DNA of 64,000 nucleotides from the human T2T-CHM13v2.0 reference genome, Homo sapiens. The notes beneath the pieces are model-generated. The model saw only the letters and a program-made list of their open reading frames with translations. It was not told the origin of the DNA and ran no database searches. Within the stretch, counting starts at the first letter, position 1; every line of letters begins with the position of its first letter. Below are positions 17,332 to 31,441 of the stretch, one piece after another. Location of the stretch: assembly GCF_009914755.1 (NCBI RefSeq), contig NC_060932.1; one strand, given 5' to 3'. Both the position numbers and the translations under genes were made by a program.

Positions 17332-17697
17332 TGTATTTGTCCGTTTTTATACTGCTCTGAAGAAATACTTGATATTGGGTAATTTATAAAGAAAAAGAGG
17401 TTTAATGGACTCACACTTCCACATGGCTGGGGAGACCTCACAATCATGGTGGAAAGCAAAGAAGGAGCAAAGGCACATCTTACATGGTGGCAGAAAAGAG
17501 AGCTTGTGCAGGGGAACTTCCCTGTGTAAAACCAGCAGATCTCATGAGACTTATTTACTATCAGGAGAACAGCATGGGAAAACGTGCCCCACTATTCAAT
17601 TACTCTCCCTGCACAGGGTCCCTCCCATGACATGTGGGGATTATGGGAGCTACAATTCAAGATGAAATTTGGATGGGGACATAGCCTAACCATATCA
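17332..17697 (-). mobile_element. THE1 (THE1C-like) MaLR solo LTR
   Basis: tgtatttgtccgttt...gggtaatttataaagaaaaagaggtttaatggactcaca...aaccatatca; 5-bp TSD accag/tccag. Confidence 0.92.
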
Positions 17698-18373
17698 TCC
17701 AGTAAATACTAATGTGATCTCCTTTTGCTGTCTTCCAAATTACAGACCTTATAACTAATTTATATTTCAGAAACTGCTCGATACATGCTAATATTTCAAT
17801 CGAAGTCCCAGCATTAGAAAAAAAAAAAAAAAACAGCACCAATAGCATTCTTTAAGACTTATAAATAAACCTGAACTCATTTCCATACAAAATATATATG
17901 TACCCACTAAGCTATGATCTAAAATTTGTGAAAGAAGGAACTGTCGATTACCCTATACCCAACACATGCCATGGCACGTGTCATAACTCAGGAGCTTAAT
18001 AGATCTTTTGAAATAAATAAATGAATAAATTAATTGATGCAATACATCCTTGAAAGACTTGAGATACTTATAAACCATATTCTATGGCAACTATACTATT
18101 GATAGTCTATTTTTCCCATATAAAAAGTAAGTTGAAACAACATGTGTATAACACCAAATCATCTATAGTTAGGTTTTTGGTTGTTTTGTTTTGTTGGATA
18201 GCATCTGATGAACTGAGATGTTATAATATTACTTTTCTGGTGCTATGAAAACAAATATTTAGGGATGCAGAAGACTGCAGGAAACAATGGTGATCTTTGT
18301 GGATACAGATATAAAGCTTGGAGAACAAGAGAAATAAAAAGCAGCAGAGGAAATGAGGCCTAAAAACAGTGGT

Positions 18374-18677
18374 GGCCGGGCTCGGTGGCTCACGCCTGTA
18401 ATCCCAGCACTTTGGGAGGCAGAGGCGGGTGGATCACAAGGTCAGGAGTTCAAGACCAGCCTGGCCAAGACGGTGAAACCCCATCTCTACTAAAAATACA
18501 AAAATTAGCCAGGCGTGGTGGTGGGCACCTGTAATCCCAGCTACTCGGGAGGCTGAGGCAGGGAATTGCTTGAATCCAGGAGGCAGAGGTTGCAGTGAGT
18601 GGAGATCGCGCCACTGCACTCCAGCCTGGGCGACAGAGTGGGACTCCGTCTCAAAAACAAAAACAAAAACAAAAAAA
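18374..18677 (+). mobile_element. AluSg-like
   Basis: Full dimer with ggatcacaaggtcaggagttc and (CAAAAA)n tail; degenerate TSD aaaaacagtggt/aaaaaccggggt. Confidence 0.95.
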
Positions 18678-18734
18678 CCGGGGTTGGAGATGGCAGAGTT
18701 TGGTTTATTTGTGTGCTAGGTGTTTAGTTTTAAT

Positions 18735-18870
18735 TATAGACTTTTAAAAATCACAAACTCCTACCCAGGGAAATTCTGAGTAATTAGGCCTGTGTTACAA
18801 CCCTAGAATAGATATTTTTAAAAAATAATAAATAATCTACAGTGCAACGAAATTTGGGGAATATTTCTTC
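18735..18870. mobile_element. MER5-like hAT-Charlie MITE
   Basis: cctacccagggaaattctgagtaattaggcctgtg...agtgcaacgaaatttggggaat resembles MER5A/B. Confidence 0.45.
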
Positions 18871-19143
18871 TAAGGACATTTTTCACTTAAAAATAAATTT
18901 ATAAATTTATCTCACGTTATAAATATTTGCATTCTTTTTTTTCAATTTTCATAAAATATTATATTACCTCTAAATGCCAGTATGGAACTAATTGTTATCA
19001 CTTTAATATGGAAGTCTTTATTTTATTTTATATTAGTAATTGAAATAATCATTTTTTACATTTTTGCCCATTCTCTTTTTGGCGTATTTCCTATAGATGG
19101 CTAGTGCTTGTTCTGAGGAACTCTGACTTCTCAGTTCTAAGTT

Positions 19144-19550
19144 TGATTTAGTCTGTTCATGCTGCTGTTACAAAATAACTGAGACTGGGTAATTTATAAA
19201 GAACAAAAATTTGTTACTCACCGTTATGGAGGCTGGAAAGTCCAACATCAAGGCACATATGAGTTTGGTGTTTGGTGAGGGCTCAGTCTCAGCTTCTAAG
19301 ATGACCCCTTGTTGCTGCATCTTCTAGAGATGAGAAATGCTATGTCCTCACATGGTTAACAGGATAAGAAAGAGGAGAAAAAAGAGCAAACTCTCTATCA
19401 AGCCCTTTTATCAGGGTACCTAATTTCATTCATGGAGGCAGAACTCTCATCACTCAATACCTTCTAAAGTATATGCCTCTTAATACTGTTGTCTTGGAAA
19501 TGAAGTTTCAACATGAATTTTGGAGGGAACAAACATATTGAAATCATAGA
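19144..19550 (-). mobile_element. MST (MSTC/MSTD)/MLT1A-type MaLR solo LTR
   Basis: ttagtctgttcatgctgctgttacaaaata...ggaggctggaaagtccaacatcaagg...tttcaacatgaattttggaggg. Confidence 0.88.
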
Positions 19551-20316
19551 AAATTTGCATGAGCACTCTGGTTCTTGCTAAGAAAGTTCTGTGTGTCTAG
19601 CTTTAGCAATTCATGTAATATAATTTTATAAGCAACTTAGAACTCATGAAATTACTATTCTGCTTACTTAGTTTACTTACTTTTTAAAGGAAAAACAGCC
19701 TAGCAAAGTATTTTAGGCATGAATAGAAGATTCCAAATTATTTCAATGATGAAAACCTTATATTTTTCTTATTAATATTATCTGTCTCTCAGTTGTCCAG
19801 GTGAAATATCCAGACATTTTCTTCAGGGTAAACCATGAAAATCATAAATCTAGAAAACTTTTTAAACTTTAAAGGTTATCATTTTGGAGAAATGATAATG
19901 GAAATTATTCTAAGTCATTTTAAAAATAATTTGCAACCTTCTTACCTCAATGACACTGTCTACTCACCTTTGAATTGTTTCCCCTGAAGAAGATAAAATA
20001 TTTCAGAACACTATGAATCTGCTTGATAGTCACATTTAAATTTTGAACTAATTTTAATTAGTGAAACTGACCAGGATCAGTCTGATAACTTGCCTTTTTA
20101 TTCATTTTGACTTTGTTAGGTAAACTTCGCATCAGCATTTAGATCAATGCAGTAGGTCAATTAAGTAGAACTGCCTAGAACTTCATGACTTAGCACTATT
20201 TCAAACCTACTATTGGAGGTATTCCCCTCATATCTCATGCAAAGCAGTTCTTTCTTCTTTTCATATATCTTTTAATTATGAGGCTATTAAAAGACTTTCT
20301 TTGAGAATTTACTGTC

Positions 20317-20669
20317 TATATTAGTTTGTTTTCACACTGCTATAAAGAAATATCTGAGACTAGGTAATTTATAAAGAAAAAAGGTCTAATTGACTCACAG
20401 TTCTGCATGGCTGGGGAGGCCTCAGGAAACTTACAATAATGGCAGAAGGGAAAAAGTCACATCTTACATAGTGGCAGGTGAGAGAGAGAGGTGTGAAAGG
20501 GGAAGATCCCCTTATAAAACCATCAGAACTCATGAGAACTCATTATCATGAGAACAGCATCGGGGAACCACCCCCATGATCCAATAACCTCACAACAGGT
20601 CTTTCCCTAGACCCGTGGGTATTACAATTCAAGATGAGATTTGGGTGGAGACGCAGTCAAATACAATCA
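20317..20669 (-). mobile_element. THE1D-like MaLR solo LTR
   Basis: tatattagtttgttttcacactgctataaaga...ggaggcctcaggaaacttacaat...attcaagatgagatttgggtgg. Confidence 0.92.
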
Positions 20670-20706
20670 CTTCCCCTGTTGCTTAGTAAGAATAATGGAT
20701 AGAGGT

Positions 20707-21007
<301 letters not shown>

Positions 21008-21722
21008 AGAATAATAGATAGAGGTGATGCTACACAGCATTTCTCTTTATATTAGTTAGTTTTGAACACCATCTCCAGTGCAGAAATCCTAGACTTCTTG
21101 AACTTATTTATTTCACATTTCTGCTGGAAAATTCTTTTACTCATCTGGCATGACGCCTAGACTCAAAAGCAGATCATCTTTCCACAGATTCTTTATACTC
21201 CCCACTTCATTCTTGGTGATCAAAAGAGATAAAGAAAAGTCTATTCAAATAAATAGTGTCTTCCTAAAGCCTGGGTGCGTCTTCCAACATTCCACTCACT
21301 ATGTTTTCTTAATCATGACATACATATTTAAAATATTTTCTACTTGGAAAAATGTAATTGTATTGACTTGTGGCACAGTTCTACTAACCCAACACTGATC
21401 CTTAGTTCTTCAGAAAATGATCAAGTATAAGCATCATTAAAAGGAAATCTTAAGCTTTCCAATTAATGTAATTTATACAAATTTTGTACTTCCTTTTCTG
21501 TAGTTGTATGAAAAGAAAATGTGCCAAATCCTAACTTCTAACCTGGGGATTAGACAGATTGGCTAACAGCCATTTCACACACTCCCTCTGTCCTCTTCTA
21601 ATAAATCCTATGTCTTAAAACAGCCCTTAATAAAATAACACGCTGAAATGAAAGTAATTTTAACATGTGTATTACCATGACTGCAGAGCAGAACAATTCT
21701 GAAATCTGCACAGAGACACTTG

Positions 21723-21760
21723 AGTTGTCCAGATGAGATAGACAGTTGTCCAGATGAGAT
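21723..21760. repeat. Short tandem duplication agttgtccagatgagat x2 (period 21)
   Basis: Read directly. Confidence 0.85.
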
Positions 21761-22169
21761 CAGTGTGTGTTCACTAATTTGTATATTTAAGTGATGGAAC
21801 CAAGAAGGAATATAAAAAACTTAATTTGTCCCCAAAAATATTTCATCCTAATACTTCTACCATTTGTAAAGTCATTTTCATTAGTTTTCGAAAATGCTGT
21901 ATTTGATAAACATTCTTCCTGTAGTATCAGGCTTTTTCTCAACTTGCTATGGGACTCCTTTGTATAAATTATTCCTGGCTCCTAATTACATGATTCTAAC
22001 CTGTGAACAACTTGTCTTCCCCAATGATGACAAATGCTTATTTGGTATTATCTGCATTTAAATTCCACTGTAGTTTCATCTCCTCTGATATTCTTTATAG
22101 TGAATTAAAATTTTATGTTGCCTTGGCATCTATTCTGAATACAAGTTGGACTTTCTTATACCAGAAGCA

Positions 22170-22360
22170 GGGCTTATTTACCCTTGATGAGGTGCCTAGT
22201 TCTTCACCTCTTCCTAGTTTGTCAATGCAATTGATCCAGATGTCTACCTTGCATAACCGCCTCCTGGTGACCACCTCCCTGTGGGATACCTACATACAAC
22301 CTACTTGACTAGTCCTACTGATGTCCATACTCTGCATGGACTGGCAGATATGTCACCATG
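22170..22360 (+). mobile_element. ERVL LTR fragment (MER74/MER88-like)
   Basis: accgcctcctggtgaccacctccctgtgggatacctacatacaacctacttgact...gcatggactggcagatatg recalls this LTR group. Confidence 0.5.
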
Positions 22361-23434
22361 GAATGGAGATTTGTCTTGAACAGTGTTCTATAATCAGAGA
22401 TTTTAGTAACTAATAAAAACTTCTCCACTTAAACTAAATTTTTATATTTTGCTAGAAAATTCTCCATGATTTTAAGGCTAGTTTATTCCAAACTAGCAAT
22501 TTATAAAACTTTTAAAATTGTAACTGGATAATTCACTGCATTTTTTAATTTCTGAAATTCAAAACACTTTATATCTAACATGAGTGTAGAAATATACAAT
22601 TTTCCTAGGATTATTGCCATGAAAAACAGCTATTTCATTGTTTACAGTTTATTACCCTCCCCTCCTTATCTCTCCACATTCATACTAATCTACAAGACAT
22701 TAATCATCATTATTGGTTTGAAGAAAATTCTTTTCTCTGGTAAACTCAAGCTCATGAAGTTCCCAAAGAAACAAGTAGAAAAGACAAAACCTTTCATAAA
22801 GAATGAATTGTGAGTTGTTTTTATAAATTCAAAGTTGGAGAAAGTAACAGTTATCATCTTCTAACCATTATGTATTAGGGAAGAAACGATTTACTGAAAA
22901 TCACATACCATTTCACCCTCTGGAGTCATCATTCTGCATCTTGAAATATATTCAAGGAGATCAAAATACAGTGTGACCTCAGAATGCTCACGTTTTAAGA
23001 CGGTCACTCCATTTCTGATTCCTTTCCTACAGGTCGGCCTTTTCTTAAAGCCTGGAGATTGCAGCGGTTTCTTGGTTTGACATCATTTTTTCCAAGCGGT
23101 AACTAATTATCCTAAAAACTTTACACTTCAAGTACTGTCCATCTTGATTCACGTTTATAAACTATAATACTTTTTCTTTTTTTCCTGAATACAGTGAAAG
23201 TTTTCAAATTGTTAAAAACAATCTTTATACTTAGACTAAATCCTAAATTTATTAGATACTGAACAATTCCTGGGGGATGCACTGCATGTTACTTTTAAAC
23301 CACTCTTTAAAGTACAGTGATTAAGCAGTACCACCAAAAACCAGGCACATTGCCAAACTACTATCACTTTTTAAAAAATCAAATAAGCTGAATTGTGTTG
23401 CATTAGATTCAGTGATTCTAAGAAGAATGTGTAT

Positions 23435-24795
23435 AACAGAACAGAGGCCTCAAAAATAACACCACACATCTACAACCATCTGATCTTCGACAAACCTGAC
23501 AAAAACAAGAAATGGGGAAAAGATTCCCTGTTTAATAAATGGTGCTGGGAAAACTGGCTAGCCATATGTAGAAAACTGAAACTGGATCCCTTCCTTACAC
23601 CTTATAGAAAAATTAATTCAAGATGGATTAAAGACTTAAATGTTAGACCTAAAATCATAAAAACTCTAGAAGAAAACCTAGGCCATACTATTCAGGACAT
23701 AGGTATGGGCAAGGACTTCATGTCTAAAACACCAAAAGCAATGGCAACAAATGCCAAAATAAACAAATGGGATCTAGTTAAACTAAAGAGCTTCTGCACA
23801 GCAAAAGAAACTGCCATCAAAGTGAACAGACAACTTACAGACTGGGAGAAAATTTTTGCAATCTACCCATCTGACAACGGGCTAATATCCAGAATCTACG
23901 AAGAACTTAAGCAAATTTACAAGAAAAAAAACAAACAAGCCCATCAAAAAGTGGGCAAAGGATATGAACAGACACTTCTCAAAAGAAGACATTTATGCAG
24001 CCAACAGACACATGAAAAAATGCTCTTCATCACTGGTGATCAGAGAAATGCAAATCAAAACCATAATGAGATACCATCTCACACCAGTTAGAATGGCGAT
24101 CATTAAAAAGTCAGTAAACAACAGATGTTGGAGAGGATGTGGAGAAATATGAACACTTTTACACTGTTGGTGGGAGTGTAAACTAGTTCAAACATTGTGG
24201 AAGACAGTGTGGCGATTCCTCAAGGGTCTAGAACTAGAAATATCATTTGATCCACTGATCCCATTACTGGGTATATACCCAAAGGATTATAAATCATGCT
24301 ATTCTAAAGACACATGCACACGTATGTTTATTGCAGCACTATTCACAATAGCAAAGACTTGGAACCAATGTAAATGTCCATCAATGATAGACTGGATTAA
24401 GAAAATGTGGCACATATACACCATGGAATACTATTCAGCCATAAAAAATGATGAGTTCATGTCCTTTGGAGGGACATGGATGCAGCTGGAAACCATCATT
24501 CTGAGCAAACTATCACAAGGACAGAAAACCAAATACCACATGTTCTCACTCATAGGTGGGAATTGAACAATGAGAACACTTGGACACAGGGCCGGGAACA
24601 TCACACCCCAGGGCCTGTCGGGAGGTGGGGCAGGCGGAGGGGTGGCATTAGGAGAAATACCTAATGTAAATGATGAGTTAATGGATGCAGCAAACCAACA
24701 CGGCAAATGTATACCTATGTAGCAAACCTGCATGTTGTGCACATGTACCCTAGGACTTAAAGTATAATAAAAAAGTTAAAAAAATTAAAAAAAAA
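23435..24795 (+). mobile_element. L1PA (about L1PA6) 5'-truncated: ORF2 C-terminus, 3'UTR and polyA
   Basis: ORF-track peptides ([27 protein letters not shown]; CTRMFIAALFTIAKTWNQ) are L1 ORF2; 3'UTR ggagaaatacctaatgtaaatgatgag...acttaaagtataat; frameshifted. Confidence 0.95.
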
Positions 24796-25129
24796 GAACC
24801 ACTAAACAATTTATACAAATAGTCAACATCCATTGGGATTAAATAATTATCTCCCAAAAGAAAATCTCAGAAAACTCTTTAAGAAGTAACACTTAGGCCC
24901 TTGCTTTACACACAAATAGATTGTATTATCTTATTTAGGCTCTATTGAAATATCATGAGTACGGAAATGGAAAAAAACCTGTTTTCTTGCCTTTTCACAC
25001 TTACCTGGTGACCTAGACCCACCTAGATCCATTCCTTTTCTATTTTATTCTGAGGGTAAAATACCCATTCCACAGCCTGCATAATTTCTAGAATGCTGTG
25101 GCGAAGCAGTTACTTGCAAAATTACTGAT

Positions 25130-25433
25130 GCAGGGCATGGTGGCTCATGGCTATAATCCTAGCACTTTGGGAGGCTGTGGGATGGGGATCACTTGAGCCC
25201 AGGAGTTCAAGACCAGCACAGGTAGCATAGCAAGACACCATCTCTACAATTTCTTTTTTTTAATTAGCAAGGTGTGGTGGTGCACGCCTGTAGTCTCAGG
25301 TACTCTGGAGGGTGAGGTAGGAAGATTGCTTGAGACTGGGAGATCCAGGCTTTAGTGAGCTGTGGTCACACCCATGCACTCCAGCCTGGGCAACAGAGTG
25401 AGACCCTTTCTCAAAATATATAGGTAAAGAAAT
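25130..25433 (+). mobile_element. AluJ
   Basis: J-type ggatcacttgagcccaggagttc; 11-bp TSD aaattactgat at 25119-25129 and 25434-25444. Confidence 0.94.
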
Positions 25434-26552
25434 AAATTACTGATTTCCAAGGACAATGAATCAAAAGATAGCCTTGCCTTATTACAACATAGAGAAGTGT
25501 TAGAGCTATGTATCCGTGGAAATAATGTTGGTAAAAATTACCTAAGAATATAAAGAAGAGAAAATATTTTTCAAGCAAAGCATGCTTTACTACTTTAATC
25601 TGGATTAAATCTCTTTTGTAAAATAACTAAGATTGTAACATATCCATCTCATTTATTATTTACACTTTAGCAAATGAAAATGTCAAACTTTCTAAATTAT
25701 TTGAGTTAGGATGACCAAATTATGTAGTGCTTAATTTTTTCCCATATTTCCTTTATTTTCTCTTATCCTAGAATTTTTCCCTTTCCTGTGTCAACATGAC
25801 TTGGTATAGAGAGAAAATTTTATGGGACTGAAAGGAACTTGAAAAATTTTCTTCACATATTTTGCAATTACTTCAGGCTAAAGTTGCTTTTTAAAGGTGA
25901 AACTTTTTTTTCTCTTCTCAGACTTAAAAAAAAAGCAAGATCAAAAATTTATTCCTATTCTAGACTGTATTTGAGTTTCATATTATCAGTGGTAATGTAA
26001 AAATGAAATCTGTAAATTGTTGCAGTTTTTCTTATCTGCTTTCTATTTACAGTATACAACAATTGTTAGAACTTCTCAGTGAGTGTGTAAGTAGTAATGG
26101 TTTTACTATTTCCCAAGCCTCTGCATTGTAAGAGTTGGATTTTAAATATTCATTGCTTAAAATGCCAAAATGTGTTGCTGGAGTGAGGTTATATATCCTC
26201 TTTTGCTGGAGATCTTTAGAAACAGAATAGACACCTCTCTTCCTGTTTTAGTTTTATGTAGCTGTGTCTAGAAGCAAGGAAAGATTGTAAATGACCTCTG
26301 GAGACACTTTTAAGCTCTATAGTTTATGAAATGGATATACAGAATTTCAGAGTAGTGTTTAGACATAGCATCTAGTGGATCTTCACATAGTTAAAAATTT
26401 ATAAAATTTGCCTTATACAGTACACTTAAGTAATATATTTCAGTGAGTTGTAAACATCTTAGTTTCAATTTATTTATTTAATTTACTGATCAGATAATAC
26501 TTATTGAATGCCATAATCACATGTAGTAGGATAAAAAATGTCCCCACAAAAG

Positions 26553-26917
26553 AGAGATCAAGCTGTCAGTAGGGTTGATTCCCTCTGAGGGTTGGGAGTG
26601 AGAACCTTTTCCATAAGGATTTCTCAGCTTCTGGTTGTTTGTAGAACATTTCTGGCATTTTTTTTTTTTGGTCAAAATTTGCATCATCCCAATCTGCCTT
26701 CATTTTCACATGCTGTTGTTTCTATATGTGCGTGTCCAAATTTCCACTTTTGATAAGGACACAGTCATATTGCGGAGTGTGACCCACCTTGGTAACTTTA
26801 TCTTAACTTGATCATATGGAAAGATTCTATTTCTAAATAAGGTCATATTCTCCGGCCCTGGATTATCAGGGAGTAGAACTTCAGCATCTTTTGAGATACG
26901 TAATTCAATCCATAACA
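26553..26917 (-). mobile_element. MLT1B-like MaLR LTR
   Basis: gtgtccaaatttccacttttgataaggacacagtcatattg...ctatttctaaataaggtcatattc...aattcaatccataaca. Confidence 0.85.
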
Positions 26918-28017
26918 GAGAGTATGTTAGAAAGAAGTACTCCACATTTCTGTTTTTAGGTAATACGTATAAAGCCACTCTAATCTGCAAACAGAGTAGC
27001 TGCCACCACATTTACCATCCAAATGCATGACAGAAGTTTCTTGAGGAGATTTGCTTTGTTCACCCACTTTTGCAACACTCATCACCATCTTTCTCACTAT
27101 AGTCATCAAGAGACTAGGCCTGTAACTAATCAACATATTCAGAGGAAAAGGGGAATAGAGAGTAAAACATTACTCTGTGAAGTATGTAATCTTCTTGAGT
27201 AGCAATTCCATGTGAGAAGCATGGAGATAATTCCCGGTGAAGGGGTGGAAGGAATTGACTTACCTTTTAGTACGTAAAACAAATACATGAGAGGTGAGAG
27301 GATAGTAAATACAATGTGTATAGATTATCATGTCAAAAACCTTGCCTGTGAAAAAACAGGTAATATTGAGGAAGCTGTTATGGAAGGCCAAGGATTGTAA
27401 TTTGGTTGGGTAATTAGTCAGTCAGCTAGTTAGTATATCTGTTTTAAATAGGACAGAACTGAGTTGAAAGTAAAAACCTAATATAATGAGAGAAGGGAAA
27501 AATATATTAAAAAGTAGGAGAGTGAAATATGACAGAATGACCAGAGGCAATGGGATTTACAGAGGTGGAACCATTGGTGCTGGACATAAGGTGAAATCTT
27601 TTGCCTTATACTGCTGTTAGGGCTTTAAGGATTGTGAAGGACAGAAAGTAAGCAGATTTTTAAATAAATTATTATAAGCATACATTTATTTTCTTGTATT
27701 TTTTCACACTTTTTGAATGAGATATTAGTTCCCCTGTGTCTTTGCAATGTAGCAGGGTAATGTGTAGGGATCTGATCATAGATGGTAAATGAAGGGCTAA
27801 AGAAATAAGGCTGTTAAAATTCTAGACTTAGTGTGATGATGACTTTCAGTTCTAGAAATTTTACTAATTAAATAATATTAATACAAAAAAGGAGTACTGT
27901 GCATATTTATTTAGAAATTAGTTGTCAATAGTTGTTACTTTGTCTGTCACTAGAGCTTCATAACTTGGAAATGTTTGAGGAAATATATGAAGATTTTATG
28001 TTTTAAAATAGTTTGTC

Positions 28018-28330
<313 letters not shown>

Positions 28331-28736
28331 GTTTGTCAAAATCATTTCAAAAAATGAAGATAATCTTTTCAGAACAACATTAAAAATTACAAATAAATAT
28401 ATGAAAAATAAGATCATCTGTGGCCAAAAAAAATTGATTTGCACATTATCTAGCCACTCTTCTTGAAACAGGTATTACTTTTCATTTGACCTACAAATCC
28501 TAGGAATAATATTTTTGGTTAAAAGTGACATTTGGACTTGAACATTTTCCGGAACACTCTTTTGCAGTGTTTGAAGTTAGCTATACTCTGAATGCCATGA
28601 ACACAATAAAAATATTAATTTAAGAGAAATGAATGTATAGTTTGCTAAATATTTGACATCAACACATATTTGTTTATATATTCTCATGTTTGTTTATTTA
28701 CATACATATTTATCTATGTTTCTGTGTATGGTCTAT

Positions 28737-29322
28737 TGTGGTAGTCAGCTTCTAAGATGTCTCCCAATAACCCACATCTTTTAGTGTTCTAGTATTATAC
28801 ATAATCTATACTTAGTATGGGCTGGACCCAGTGACTTACTTTTAATGAACAGATTATGGTAAAAGTAATGATCTGTCACTTCAAAGATTAGGCAACAAAA
28901 AAACTTCGACTTCTCTCTTGCTCACCTTCTTGTGCTCTCTCTCACTTGCTTGCTTGAATGGAGGGCAACTTCCATATTGTGCCCTAACCTACTGAGAAGC
29001 CCATGTGGCAAGGAACTGAGGAAGGCATTTGACCAACACCCAATGTGAAACTGAATTTAACAACCCCCAGGAAATGAATCCTGCCAACAACTACATGAGT
29101 GAGTTTGGAAGCGGATCTTTGTTTCCCTGCTTCCAAGCTTCTCAAGCTTGTTGAGACTTCAGATGAACTGTAGCCTTGACCGCTATCTTGACTATAGTTT
29201 TGTAAGGGACACTGAACTAGATGTGGCCAGATTCCTGAGCAACAGAAACTGTGAGTGAATAGATTGTTTTAAACCACTACATTTGGAGATAATTTGTTAT
29301 GCAGCGAAAGCTCACAAATGCA
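28737..29322 (+). mobile_element. MLT1F-like MaLR solo LTR
   Basis: tgtggtagtcagcttctaagatgtctcccaata...ccatgtggcaaggaactgagg...ttttaaaccactacatttggagataatttgttatgcagc. Confidence 0.85.
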
Positions 29323-30009
29323 TTTATGTATTTATCTACATTAGCACATAAAACAATATAAATGCCATTTGTTTGGGTATTTATTACTGATCCTCCAGCT
29401 TACAAAGGTAGAAGTAAACATCTTAGATAAATGTCATAAAAAGAACTCCAGTTATTTCTTTTCCAATTAATTATTGCACAAATAAATTTAAATTCTAAAA
29501 ATTAGAAAATGTACATTTTTCAAGTGTGAACTGTGGAAAATACTGTCACCACAGCCTGCAGATACTTTGTGATAACTTTTTCTCTCTGCTGGTTCAGCAA
29601 TAACATAAATGTTTTTAAAACTTTTCTGACATCGTAGGCTGAGTAGGCTGCAATGAAGGCTATTTAACGTGTCTTTATTTTTTTCTTATTTTTTTTTTCA
29701 GTTGCTTCCTCCTGCTTCCCATTATGAGATGACATTCTCACTTTTTTCCATATTCTACTTCTGATATAGCAGCATGGTGCTTTCCTTTTCAATTATATCG
29801 TGTACTTATTTGTGTCTATGCTGACTTTGGAAAATTAACTCCTGGACTTCATAACTGTGTGTTTCAAAGATAGACTTCTCAGAACAAAATTAAAAAGAAA
29901 ATGCTGACATTCATTTCCCAATTCACACAGCGATTCAATGTTTTAAGTAAACTCATTGCATAGATTGCCTATAAAGTAATAATATCTTGCTTTAATTTTA
30001 CTTGTTATT

Positions 30010-30240
30010 AATAATACTAATGATAAAAATAATATTTAATACCTTAGAATAAAGCATTCACACATATTACCTTATTTTATCCTACTTAAAAAAACATATT
30101 AGCTGGTAGTATTTTCATTTTTCACATGAAGAAAATTATGTTCAGAGATGTCAATCAACTTGGATGAGGTCACAAAGCCAATGGAAAAAAATATGTTGGA
30201 AATGGAACTGATATAGTTTTAATTCAAAATCCTGCTTTTT
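30010..30240 (-). mobile_element. MIR
   Basis: cattttcacatgaagaaaattatgttcagagatg...tgaggtcacaaagc-like MIR core in reverse orientation. Confidence 0.6.
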
Positions 30241-30556
30241 ACTGTGATTAAGAATATTGAACCTAAATGCTATTATCTACAACTAAGTTATTAGCAATAC
30301 AAAATTACATAACTCTGCTTTCTTATTCTGCACTAAATTTCTCATTAATAGGCTATCGTATTATACTAATTTCTAATGACTCTAAAAACATCAATGCACC
30401 ATGACTCTCTTCAGCTTACTCTACTTCACACTTAATGGCAAGCCTTATAACACTGTGTAGAAATAACAGTCTTAAAAATACCTGTTTTTTAAAAATAGGC
30501 TCTATTGGAAGATGAAATAATACATTCCAAACCAAAGCTACTGAAGTTTCAATATA

Positions 30557-30968
30557 CAAATGGTCCCCAAGTTACTATTTAATGGTTTGATGTCTTGATT
30601 TTTCAACTTATGATGGTGTGAAAGTGATGAGCATTCAGTAGAAACTCTACTTTGAGTTTGAATTTTGATATTTTCCTGTGCTAGTGAAACACGGAATAAC
30701 TGATGCGGGGCAGCAACAGCAAGCCACACTACCAGTCAGCCACATGATCACCAGAATAAACATCTGGTACTCTACAGTGTACGGTGTGCCAGACAATTTT
30801 GCCCAATAGTAGGTTCATGGAAGTGTTCTGAGCACGTGTAAGGTAGGATAGGCTAAGCTATGATGTTCAGTGTGTTAGATATATTAAATGCATTTTTTAC
30901 TCAGCAATATTTTCAACTTAATATGGTTTTATTAGGATGTAACCCAATTGTAATTTGAGAAGCATCTG
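30557..30968. mobile_element. MER47B-like Tigger-derived MITE
   Basis: TA then caaatggtccccaagttac; ends gtaatttgagaagcatctg (imperfect TIRs); internal taggctaagctatgatgttc; about 412 bp. Confidence 0.85.
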
Positions 30969-31299
30969 TGGTGTGTTACATGGGCTTATATTTCCTATTT
31001 TGGTAAGAAATTCATTCAGTCATTTATTTTTCACAAAAGGGTACCCTATAAGTTACAGAACAAATAATCTATATTAATATAAGATTGAATTTTATGAGAC
31101 AAAATTATTACAGAAATTATAGAATAAAGTCATATACTGAAAACAAAATAGAAGCATTAAAGGAGACGAGATTGATTTGCTCATTATCTTTTCTGTGTCT
31201 TAATCATACAGGCCCTTTTCTCTACTTCTATGCTCTCTTCCAGATAATTCATTCTTTTTAAGTTACAAAATATGACTTTACAAAATCATTGTTTTATAA

Positions 31300-31441
31300 T
31301 TTTTTTATTATTTTTATATTTTATGGAGATGAGGCTCTTGCTGTATTGCTCAGGCTGATCTTCAACTCCTGGCTTCAAACAATCCCCCACCTCAGCCTCC
31401 CAAAGTGTTGGGATTACAGGTGTGAGCCATTATACCAGGCC
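31300..31441 (-). mobile_element. FLAM (free left Alu monomer)
   Basis: T-rich tail then gagatgaggctcttgctgtattgctcaggctg...cctcccaaagtgttgggattacaggtgtgagcc; monomer length. Confidence 0.88.

Noticed and set aside
23393-24566. 232-, 62- and 123-aa ORFs as a gene
   Set aside because: Consecutive frameshifted pieces of the L1 ORF2 C-terminus.
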